A stretch of DNA of 15,809 bases from Bacteriovoracia bacterium (GTDB lineage: Bacteria; Bdellovibrionota; Bacteriovoracia; Bacteriovoracales; Bacteriovoracaceae), in NCBI GenBank assembly GCA_046570105.1, contig JBKHVI010000057.1, positions 1 to 15,809 of the forward strand. Reading direction: 5' to 3'. The notes beneath the pieces were generated by a model. The model was not told where the DNA came from. It did no database searches and saw nothing but the letters and a program-made list of their open reading frames with translations. A program made the translations under genes and the position numbers. Positions 1-7,028 of this stretch are shown here, one piece after another (position 1 is the stretch's first letter; every line of letters begins with the position of its first letter).

Positions 1-2
1 AT

Positions 3-1067
3 GGCCGCGGTATGATCTGCGCGCCGATCACTCCAGAGCTCGCAACAAAACTCCAACTCCCTCTGCAAACCGGCTCCAACACCGCTCCACTTGGTACAGC
101 ATTCACAGTGACGATTGATGCTATCGAAGGTGTCTCAACTGGCATTTCTGCTTCTGATCGCGCCATTACTTTAAAGCTCATGGCCGATGCAAAAGCCACG
201 CCCTCTGATTTCTCTCGTCCGGGCCATATCTTTCCCTTGATTGCTCGCGATGGTGGCGTGCTGGTGCGTGATGGACATACCGAGGCTTCAGTTGATCTCG
301 CTCGCATGGCGGGTTTTGCTCCTGTCGGAGTAATTTGTGAAATTTTAAATACTGATGGCTCGATGGCCCGTCGTCCGGATTTAGAAATCGTCGCCGAAAC
401 TCATAATTTGAAATTAATCAGTATCGAAGATTTGATTCGCTACCGCAAAGAGCATGAAAGTCTTTTGACTCAAACTGAAGCCGTTCCTATGCCCACAAAG
501 CATGGTGAATTCACACTGCATGTTTTTCGCTCAGAGTTTTTGGGTCAAGAAGCGATGGCGATTGTGAAGGGTGACCCTACTCTTCTCAAAAATAATCCAC
601 TGGTGCGTGTGCACTCAGAATGTTTCACCGGTGATGTGCTAGGCAGTCAGCGCTGTGATTGTGGAGCGCAACTAGAACACGCCCTTAATCGTCTTGAAAC
701 GGAAGGCTCAGGGCTGGTCATTTATCTCAAGCAAGAAGGCCGTGGCATTGGTTTGATGAATAAAGTGCGCGCCTATCAATTACAAGATTTGGGTCTTGAT
801 ACCGTTGAAGCGAATTTAAAATTGGGCTTTCCCGCCGATGCCCGCGACTACACCATGGCCCATCAGATCTTGCGTCACTTTGAAGTCAAAGAGGCGCGCT
901 TGATGACCAACAATCCATTGAAGCTTGAAGGTTTAAAAAATCTTGGCTCAGTGGGTTTTGAGCGCGTCGCTCACGAAACGGCGCCTCATGCCTTGAATAT
1001 GCAGTATCTTATGACTAAAAAATCAAAGCTCGGCCATTGGCTTGGAGCGGGTCTTCTTAACCAGTAG
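3..1067 (+). CDS. ribBA: Bifunctional 3,4-dihydroxy-2-butanone-4-phosphate synthase / GTP cyclohydrolase II (5'-truncated by window edge)
   Basis: The frame is open from base 3 (GRGMIC...). DHBPS motifs: TGISASDR, RPGHIFPL, GHTEASVDL, ICEI. GCH II motifs: RVHSECFTGD..CDC, QEGRGIG, DARDY, MTNNP. Confidence 0.97.
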   Translation, partial: GRGMICAPITPELATKLQLPLQTGSNTAPLGTAFTVTIDAIEGVSTGISASDRAITLKLMADAKATPSDFSRPGHIFPLIARDGGVLVRDGHTEASVDLARMAGFAPVGVICEILNTDGSMARRPDLEIVAETHNLKLISIEDLIRYRKEHESLLTQTEAVPMPTKHGEFTLHVFRSEFLGQEAMAIVKGDPTLLKNNPLVRVHSECFTGDVLGSQRCDCGAQLEHALNRLETEGSGLVIYLKQEGRGIGLMNKVRAYQLQDLGLDTVEANLKLGFPADARDYTMAHQILRHFEVKEARLMTNNPLKLEGLKNLGSVGFERVAHETAPHALNMQYLMTKKSKLGHWLGAGLLNQ

Positions 1068-1073
1068 GTTTGT

Positions 1074-1544
1074 ATGACATTTGAAGGAACACTCTCAGCG
1101 AAAGGTCTTAAAGTTGCCATCGTGACTGCACGCTTTAATGACTTCATTACTTCGAAGCTTTTAGAAGGTGCTATTGGCTGCCTTAAACGCCACGACATCA
1201 ACGTTGAAGACATCACTGACACTTGGGTACCTGGTGCCTTTGAACTTCCTCTGATCGCTCAGACGCTGGCCGAAACTCATAAGTACGATGCAGTTATCTG
1301 CTTGGGTGCCGTGATCCGTGGAGCGACCACTCACTATGACTATGTGTGTAATGAAGCTGCTAAAGGCATCGCTGCTGCCGGACTCAAAACCGGCGTACCG
1401 GTCATCTTTGGTGTCGTCACCACTGAGACCATCGAGCAAGCCATCGAGCGCGCAGGCACTAAGGCCGGCAACAAAGGCTGGGACGCGGCCATGGCGGCGA
1501 TCGAGATGGGAACTTTGATGCGCAAGATCAAGGCCACACGCTAG
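1074..1544 (+). CDS. ribH: 6,7-dimethyl-8-ribityllumazine synthase
   Basis: Motifs [29 protein letters not shown] and [11 protein letters not shown]. Starts 6 nt after the ribBA stop. Confidence 0.98.
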   Translation: MTFEGTLSAKGLKVAIVTARFNDFITSKLLEGAIGCLKRHDINVEDITDTWVPGAFELPLIAQTLAETHKYDAVICLGAVIRGATTHYDYVCNEAAKGIAAAGLKTGVPVIFGVVTTETIEQAIERAGTKAGNKGWDAAMAAIEMGTLMRKIKATR

Positions 1545-1573
1545 TAGACGGCCTAAAAACAATCGCTTATAAC
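1545..1573 (+). promoter_or_regulatory. Putative sigma70 promoter for rpsD
   Basis: TAGACG (1545-1550), 17-nt spacer, TATAAC (1568-1573). Confidence 0.45.
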
Positions 1574-1586
1574 TTCTAAGCTTTCC

Positions 1587-1735
1587 GAGTGAGGAGACAG
1601 GCTCGCGGCGAGTAATTTAATAAACGTTTCCTGTCACCAACAAGCTTCGCGCTTGATATCAACGGTCTAATTCAATTCCTTTCAGGAATTGCTTACTCCT
1701 TCTTGATTCATTTTCGAAGCCCGCCACCAGAGGAG
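1587..1735 (+). promoter_or_regulatory. Structured 5' leader of rpsD (candidate S4 autoregulatory r-leader)
   Basis: Nested helices 1587-1593/1692-1698, 1596-1601/1630-1635, 1602-1605/1609-1612, 1641-1645/1651-1655 and 1673-1680/1684-1691. Anti-SD CTCCT at 1696-1700 is complementary to SD AGGAG at 1731-1735. Confidence 0.6.
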
Positions 1736-1742
1736 AAAACTC

Positions 1743-2375
1743 ATGGCAAAAGCAACGATGGGCCGTTCACGGTTCAAAATCCAACGCCGTCTCGGTGTTG
1801 AACTTCCAGGTTTGGGCAAGGCCGGAGCTCTTGAGCGCCGTCCGTACGGTCCAGGTCAACACGGTATGCAACGTAAAAAGTTGTCGGACTATACCGTTCG
1901 TTTGATGGAGAAACAAAAAGTCGCATTCAACTACGGCCTTCGTGAGCGTCAGCTCGTGAACGCAGTTAAGAAAGCTAAACGTGTAAAAGGCCAAGCTTGG
2001 GTTGACGTTCTTGTCATCGCCCTTGAGTCTCGCCTTGATAACGTCGTTTTCCGTATGAACTGGGCCCCTTCAGCAATCGCAGCTCGTCAGATGGTTTCTC
2101 ACGGCCACATTCTTTTGAATGGCAAGAAAGTGAACCTTCCTGGTATCGAAGTGAACGCTGGCGACGTGATCGAGATCACGGACAAAGGTGCTAAGTCAGG
2201 AAACTTCCTCCAAGCTAAAACTCGCCCACGTATCAGCAGCATCCCTGCTTGCCTCGTGGTTGAGAAAGTTGGCGAGAAAGAAAAAGGCAAAATGGTTGCG
2301 AAGCCATTGCCAGACGATATTCCATTCGCGTTCGAGAAGCGTCTCGTGACCGAATACTACTGGAAAGTGAAGTAA
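1743..2375 (+). CDS. rpsD: 30S ribosomal protein S4, zinc-independent (C-) type, stand-alone
   Basis: Motifs RRPYGPGQHG, SDY..RLMEKQK, LESRLDNVVFR, AARQMVSHGH and EYY. AGGAG Shine-Dalgarno. No N-terminal Cys ligands. Confidence 0.97.
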   Translation: MAKATMGRSRFKIQRRLGVELPGLGKAGALERRPYGPGQHGMQRKKLSDYTVRLMEKQKVAFNYGLRERQLVNAVKKAKRVKGQAWVDVLVIALESRLDNVVFRMNWAPSAIAARQMVSHGHILLNGKKVNLPGIEVNAGDVIEITDKGAKSGNFLQAKTRPRISSIPACLVVEKVGEKEKGKMVAKPLPDDIPFAFEKRLVTEYYWKVK

Positions 2376-2394
2376 TCAATTTCCGACATAAACG

Positions 2395-2423
2395 AAAAAG
2401 CCCCGCGAATGCGGGGCTTTTTT
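2395..2423. terminator. Bidirectional intrinsic terminator between rpsD and the antitoxin gene
   Basis: AAAAAGCCCCGC-GAAT-GCGGGGCTTTTTT, with A/T tracts on both sides, between convergent genes. Confidence 0.9.
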
Positions 2424-2730
2424 ATTTCTGGTCTTTGTAGATCCTCTCCACCGCCGCAAACAATACATTCATTGAAACATTTTGATGGGCCATCATGCGA
2501 TAAAGAGTTTGGCGATTTGTGCCGATTGCTTTAGCAAATTCATCCTGACTTTTATATTTTGGGCAGTTGGCTATGTAGGCGGCAATAATATCTGTGATTG
2601 ATTCAAAATCACCACTTCGTAAATAGTCGGCCATGAACTCAATCATATAGCTGGGATCAGCAAACTTTTTCTGTAGCTCAGCTGACTGTAGGGATACTTT
2701 TTGAGGATAAATCGTTTTTAGTTTTTTCAT
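2422..2730 (-). CDS. HTH antitoxin (HigA-like, addiction module antidote family)
   Basis: Cro/XRE-like HTH (SQDEFAKAIGTNRQTLYRMM). N-terminal DPSYMIEFMADYL segment resembles antidote proteins. Lies 3 nt downstream of a RelE-like gene. Confidence 0.8.
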   Translation of the reverse strand: MKKLKTIYPQKVSLQSAELQKKFADPSYMIEFMADYLRSGDFESITDIIAAYIANCPKYKSQDEFAKAIGTNRQTLYRMMAHQNVSMNVLFAAVERIYKDQK

Positions 2731-2733
2731 AAA

Positions 2734-3096
2734 TCATTCGTCCTTTAAATCAAGACTCCCTTTAAAAACATTAAGCTTACTCAACTTTTCTTTGCATCTT
2801 CTAATTGCCGCTTCCTGCTCCCGACCTTTTCCACTACCCAATAGTAGCAAGGTATATTGGCCGTCCGTCTCAAGAACAACAGCGAAGTACAAACGTAAAC
2901 CGTCATTCCACTTTCTTTCAAACAATCCATTTCCTAAACTCTTTACACTTTGAACGATCCCGAAAATTTTGATCTTAGCTAGCGCCACCTCAATGCTACG
3001 AATTGAAGACCCATCAAGCCTATTTCTCCATTCGTAAAAATCGGGATGTTCAATAATTTCCTTCGGAACATTTGCCGTAAAAGTATCTCTAGCCAT
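2734..3096 (-). CDS. RelE/HigB-like toxin (addiction module killer family)
   Basis: Pattern F.EW...L..., KSLGNGLFE, GLRLYF, LLLLGSGK..Q..AI. Toxin-first order with the HTH gene. GGGAG Shine-Dalgarno. Confidence 0.8.
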   Translation of the reverse strand: MARDTFTANVPKEIIEHPDFYEWRNRLDGSSIRSIEVALAKIKIFGIVQSVKSLGNGLFERKWNDGLRLYFAVVLETDGQYTLLLLGSGKGREQEAAIRRCKEKLSKLNVFKGSLDLKDE

Positions 3097-3114
3097 GGAA
3101 ACTCCCTGGCACCC

Positions 3115-3143
3115 TCAATGTAACATATATGTTACATATTTAA
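3115..3143 (-). promoter_or_regulatory. TA promoter with perfect 20-bp palindromic operator (3118-3137)
   Basis: ATGTAACATATATGTTACAT is its own reverse complement. It overlaps an extended -10 (TGtTACATT) on the minus strand, about 20 nt upstream of the toxin ATG. Confidence 0.75.
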
Positions 3144-3237
3144 AATACGGCACCACTGGGCTGAAGAAATAGCCTAGCAAAAGGCTTGAACTCAATTACA
3201 GAGTTCTTTAAAAGAGAAAAATGTCTTTTTTGAAATT

Positions 3238-3274
3238 TAAAAGAAGGTCTCGCCCATGAAAGGCGAGACCTTTT
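3238..3274 (-). terminator. Intrinsic terminator ending the cox-fur-YHS operon
   Basis: 11-bp stem AAGGTCTCGCC/GGCGAGACCTT (3244-3254/3262-3272), followed on the minus strand by CTTTT. Lies just after the YHS-gene stop. Confidence 0.8.
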
Positions 3275-3282
3275 GGAGTTAA

Positions 3283-3642
3283 CTAATTTTTCGTTCCACC
3301 AAAACTTGAACCCCAAACGGCATGGGCCTTCTTGGCGTTGGCATCGACATTTTTCATGAACGTATCGCGTGCTTCGAGGCTTGAGAAACAGTAGTTCTTG
3401 CCTTTGAAAGCCGCTGTGATTTCAGGATCACATTTTACTTTTTGGCCTTTGCGACACAGCCCCATGGCACAGTGGCCGTCGAACTCAACCGGTGCTGATT
3501 TGATCTCTGCTTTCTTGTCACAGTTGCACTTGTGATCTTTGCCGTGATGATCTTTTTTCTCTGCGTGGTGATGGCCATGACCTTTATGGTGGTGAGCACA
3601 GCCAGCGAGAGCGATAAGCATAATAACGAGAAGAGCTTTCAT
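3283..3642 (-). CDS. His-rich lipoprotein with YHS-like domain
   Basis: ATG at 3642 overlaps the fur stop (ATGA). Lipobox LAGC, then a His-rich tract, then FDGHCAMG...DP...GKNYCFSS.EARDTF (YHS-like). Confidence 0.75.
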   Translation of the reverse strand: MKALLVIMLIALAGCAHHHKGHGHHHAEKKDHHGKDHKCNCDKKAEIKSAPVEFDGHCAMGLCRKGQKVKCDPEITAAFKGKNYCFSSLEARDTFMKNVDANAKKAHAVWGSSFGGTKN

Positions 3643-4103
3643 GATTTTCCTTTTTTCTTCTGGCACGCCGGACAGATGCCGGAGAATTCCAAATGGTGTT
3701 TAAGTTGAGCGTAACCGAGATCTTCCACCACCTTGAGAGTCTCAGGTGGAATACACATATCTAAGCGAATAATATTTTTACAAACGGTACACATCAAATG
3801 GTGATGATGCTCATGATCTCCATGGGCACACTCTCCCCTATGCACCACTTCAAAGCGCGCAGGACCATCGCCAAATAAACGCTTCTCAACGAGGCCCGCC
3901 TCTTCAAAGGTGCCCATGCTGCGATAGATAGTAGCGAGATCAAATCCTTCGCCCTTAAGTTTCACGGCGAGTTCTTCTACGGTGAAAGGCCCGTGATTAT
4001 GAATGAGAAAATTGAGAATTTTACGACGTTGTTCAGTCACCTTGAGGCCTTGGGCCTTAAGCAAATCATCAGCCGAATCATGATCATGCTTGTGATCGCC
4101 CAC
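3639..4103 (-). CDS. Fur-family transcriptional regulator (Zur/Fur/PerR type unresolved)
   Basis: Motifs GLKVTEQRRKIL, ATIYRSM, HHHHLMCTVC and GICPAC. GTG start overlaps the upstream stop (TAGTG). Confidence 0.93.
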   Translation of the reverse strand: MGDHKHDHDSADDLLKAQGLKVTEQRRKILNFLIHNHGPFTVEELAVKLKGEGFDLATIYRSMGTFEEAGLVEKRLFGDGPARFEVVHRGECAHGDHEHHHHLMCTVCKNIIRLDMCIPPETLKVVEDLGYAQLKHHLEFSGICPACQKKKGKS

Positions 4104-4339
4104 TACTTCTCCTGCGCCTCAATCTTGGCATGAACATGTGTGCGCAGCTCTCGCAGAGAATCGATACTCTTTTTAAGATAGTCGTCGGCCTTGGCGAGAC
4201 GCTCTTTTTCTTCAGGCACATCGAGTTTCTTCTCGTCGATATTACGAAGAACTTTCTTTACGGCACCTTGGATGATGGTCAAATGATTGGCCAGTTCATG
4301 AATGTGCTTTCTTTCGTGACTGTAATCGATTTTCTTCAC
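4103..4339 (-). CDS. Small stand-alone HisKA/DHp-like helical protein
   Basis: H-box-like IHELANHLTIIQG in a two-helix pattern. GTG start overlaps the SCO stop (GTGA), and the stop overlaps the fur start. Confidence 0.65.
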   Translation of the reverse strand: MKKIDYSHERKHIHELANHLTIIQGAVKKVLRNIDEKKLDVPEEKERLAKADDYLKKSIDSLRELRTHVHAKIEAQEK

Positions 4340-4941
4340 TGTCCATCCTTAGCAAGAATTTTTACATCCTCAATCAGCTCTTGAGTTTTGTCATAAGCAT
4401 AATAGCCTCTGATCTGCCCCTTCTGATCGACTAGAACCATCTTTTCAGAGTGGGCGATGTCATAAAGATCCTTAGAGGGTTGCGCCTCAGAAACATTGAC
4501 CTTAAAGCCCTCTTTATAGAGCGTAAAAAGTTTCGCCTCATCAGGATCAGTCAAAAAACTCCAGAAACCGACTTTGGCATTGTACTGATGTGAGAGCTTC
4601 TTGAGTACCTGAGGAGTGTCATGCTTGGGATCAACGGTAAATGTCAGCATCCTCACATTCGTGATCGCTGAGAGTTCTTGCTGAATTTTCTCACTGTCTT
4701 TAAGCATCTTCGGGCAAACCGACGGGCAGCTTGAGAAAACAAAGTTGGCGACATACACCTGGCCTCTTAATTCAGTCGAACTAAAAGGAGTTCCTTCTTG
4801 GTTTGTCAGAGTCCATTCAGGGACTGAAAAATAAATTGGGATTTCTTTTTGCGGAGTACATCCAAAAAAGAGTGCACTTAAAACAACAAGTCCGAAGGTT
4901 TTCACCTTCGGACTTAAATTGATGGCAAAAAGAGGAGACAT
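4336..4941 (-). CDS. SCO1/SenC copper chaperone lipoprotein (second copy); start is either ATG 4941 or GTG 4905
   Basis: CPSVC motif, FTVDPKHDTP and IAHSEK His. Lipobox-like FFGC. Confidence 0.93.
   Translation of the reverse strand: MSPLFAINLSPKVKTFGLVVLSALFFGCTPQKEIPIYFSVPEWTLTNQEGTPFSSTELRGQVYVANFVFSSCPSVCPKMLKDSEKIQQELSAITNVRMLTFTVDPKHDTPQVLKKLSHQYNAKVGFWSFLTDPDEAKLFTLYKEGFKVNVSEAQPSKDLYDIAHSEKMVLVDQKGQIRGYYAYDKTQELIEDVKILAKDGQ
4880..4915 (-). terminator. Terminator/attenuator-like hairpin overlapping the SCO gene start
   Basis: Minus strand reads AAGTCCGAAGGT-GAAA-ACCTTCGGACTT-GTTGTTTT: a perfect 12-bp stem with a GNRA loop and a U-rich tail. Confidence 0.6.
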
Positions 4942-4942
4942 C

Positions 4943-5818
4943 TTACTGTTCAGCGCGCTTGATAAAAGCGTCACGGGCACCAGCATCTTTACGTAACTCG
5001 ATCAAGCTCTCCACGTAATACGTAAGGGCCCAAAGATCATCGTCAGAAACCACGTCTTTCCAACCTGGCATGCCTGAACCAGTTACACCGTAAACCAAAC
5101 GCTGATAGATATCATCGGTTGAATAAACAGAGCGAAGATCGTGCATGGTGAAATCAGGTGGGATAACTTTGTAGTTATACTCTGAATCCTGAGGCTTTAA
5201 CTGGAAGAGATTGTCGTCAAATGAAGCAATCGCAGTGCCGTTGATTTCTTTATTCCATGCGCTGATATCAGCTTTTGAAGCATATCCACGGTGACAAGTC
5301 GTACACTGTGCGACGACGTGATAAACCTTCTCGCCGCGAGCAACCGCTTCGGCTCTCTTCTCTGTGCCGTAAGGATCAGCGGTGGCTTCGATTTTTGTGC
5401 CCAACACTTTATCCGCACCTTCCCATGCTTCAGGAGCAAAAGTTTTGATGTACTGAGTGACCGCCATCAAGCGGCGATCAGACATATCCCATGGAAGCAT
5501 GCCTGAGCCGACTAGGCCTTTGCGGATAATACGATAAAAGTCCTCATCGTGAGGAAGTTCGCCGTAAGGGACATTGGCAAATTTGTAGAGACCTTGCTTA
5601 AAGTTACGTGGAGGCGGCAACATCCCTTTGTGAGATACACCCGCTCCGTCACCTTCTTTACCGTGGCACTGAACGCAGTATTCAAGATAAGTAGAGTGTC
5701 CGAGATTCAATGTCTCAGCGTCGATCACCTGACCGCCGGCAAAAGTCTTGCTCTCTTTGAACTTGTGCTCCTGACAGGCAGTGAGGGCCACGAGCAAAAT
5801 TAACATCAAAAATTTCAT
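4943..5818 (-). CDS. Di-heme cytochrome c lipoprotein
   Basis: Lipobox LTAC. Heme motifs CVQCH and CTTCH, each followed by GSGM.xW (distal Met). Confidence 0.92.
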   Translation of the reverse strand: MKFLMLILLVALTACQEHKFKESKTFAGGQVIDAETLNLGHSTYLEYCVQCHGKEGDGAGVSHKGMLPPPRNFKQGLYKFANVPYGELPHDEDFYRIIRKGLVGSGMLPWDMSDRRLMAVTQYIKTFAPEAWEGADKVLGTKIEATADPYGTEKRAEAVARGEKVYHVVAQCTTCHRGYASKADISAWNKEINGTAIASFDDNLFQLKPQDSEYNYKVIPPDFTMHDLRSVYSTDDIYQRLVYGVTGSGMPGWKDVVSDDDLWALTYYVESLIELRKDAGARDAFIKRAEQ

Positions 5819-5843
5819 ATCAATCCTTTCTGGAGTCTTTTAA

Positions 5844-6035
5844 TTATTTGCCGTGTCTCTTCTCGTCTTTCAGGTAAATGAAACCTTTCAAGATAAAGAA
5901 TGAGATGATCAAAACAACAATCAGCGCCCATGTTGGAAAAACCAACTGATTGGCCTTAGGCATCTGGTTCGGATGACCAAAGATTGAGGTCTCTGATTGA
6001 TAAGGTACTTTTTTAGCAACAGCTTTCGTATCCAT
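5844..6035 (-). CDS. Small single-pass membrane protein in the cox operon
   Basis: Strong GAGGAG Shine-Dalgarno, one hydrophobic helix (WALIVVLIISFFIL) and a basic C-terminal tail. Fills the gap between coxIV and cytochrome c. Confidence 0.75.
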   Translation of the reverse strand: MDTKAVAKKVPYQSETSIFGHPNQMPKANQLVFPTWALIVVLIISFFILKGFIYLKDEKRHGK

Positions 6036-6048
6036 TTGCGCTCCTCAA

Positions 6049-6336
6049 TTAGCGGTAAACTGATTCAAGTACAACCACGACAGCGTAAACAAACGCAGCG
6101 ATGGGAATCAAGGCAATGAACTTGAGCCAACGTGTCTCTTCGTTCAAGTGCATGTAAGACCATCCCACCATACCGGCCTTCACTAAAGCGAGCGCCGAAA
6201 GTGAACTTGCCTTAGCGAATTGGGAGATCTTCATTTCAGGGATGAGCAATTCCACGACTGTTAACACAGTCAAGGCAATGAACACCTTGAAGTAAACCAT
6301 CTTATGATTTTTGTGACCTGCTACTGCTGTACCCAC
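6049..6336 (-). CDS. Cytochrome c oxidase subunit IV family protein (prokaryotic, CtaF/CyoD-like)
   Basis: Y.KVFIALTVLTVVEL and KAGMVGWSYMHL..E motifs, three TM helices, cox operon context. Confidence 0.88.
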   Translation of the reverse strand: MGTAVAGHKNHKMVYFKVFIALTVLTVVELLIPEMKISQFAKASSLSALALVKAGMVGWSYMHLNEETRWLKFIALIPIAAFVYAVVVVLESVYR

Positions 6337-6350
6337 ATCTCTCTCCTTGA

Positions 6351-7019
6351 TTAGGAATTCTTTTTTCTATTAATGAGAAGACCGCTATCAATCATCAACT
6401 GGTTCACTCCATCTTTGTCAGCGGAGTAATAACCACGAATACGTCCCTCTTGATCCACTAAGACCAGCTTATTGGAATGGGCGACATCCATAACATTATC
6501 AGCGATTTCTTTATCACCCATGGGAACTTTAAAACCGTCCACCAGAAGAGTTTTAATCACAGCGCTATCACCGGTTAAAAAACGCCAGACATTGGGATTG
6601 GCCTTGCGCTCGCGGGCCACTTGATAAAGCACTTCCGGAGTATCAACAGTAGGATCAACCGAAATTGAAACGATGGCGGCGCGATCAATCACACCACGCA
6701 TACGGTGTTGCACCATCTGAACTTCTTTCAAAAGAGTCGGGCAAGAAGTCGTGCATGTTGTGAACATAAAGTTGGCAATATAGACCTTCCCGCGCAGATC
6801 TTCCGTGCCATATGAGCGACCGTTTTCATCTGTGAGGTTAAATTCAGGCAATGTGCTCAAGATCGGAAGCTCCGCCGGAAGCTCGCGCTGGATACTTTTG
6901 AGCATCGGATAAGCAAAGAAGAAGCCAATGAGGCCCAACCAAAACAACTTACTGAGGACAAGACGCTCAATCCAGTTGTTCTGACGATGATAACCAATAT
7001 CTGTCATGACCTTTTCCAC
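6351..7019 (-). CDS. SCO1/SenC copper chaperone (membrane-anchored)
   Basis: N-terminal TM helix, FTTCTTSCP, SISVDPTVDTP and VAHSNK. Confidence 0.95.
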   Translation of the reverse strand: MEKVMTDIGYHRQNNWIERLVLSKLFWLGLIGFFFAYPMLKSIQRELPAELPILSTLPEFNLTDENGRSYGTEDLRGKVYIANFMFTTCTTSCPTLLKEVQMVQHRMRGVIDRAAIVSISVDPTVDTPEVLYQVARERKANPNVWRFLTGDSAVIKTLLVDGFKVPMGDKEIADNVMDVAHSNKLVLVDQEGRIRGYYSADKDGVNQLMIDSGLLINRKKNS

Positions 7020-7028
7020 AATTCTTCC

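Noticed and set aside
1653..1662. TTGATATCAA as an FNR site
   Set aside because: FNR needs TTGAT-N4-ATCAA and there is no spacer here. It also lies within the predicted transcribed leader.
1545..1742. FMN riboswitch next to the rib genes
   Set aside because: The region is downstream of ribH and lacks the conserved FMN aptamer sequences.
3118..3137. Palindrome as a Zur/Fur or CRP box
   Set aside because: The half-site arrangement and spacing do not match those consensus sites. Its position on the toxin promoter favours an antitoxin operator.
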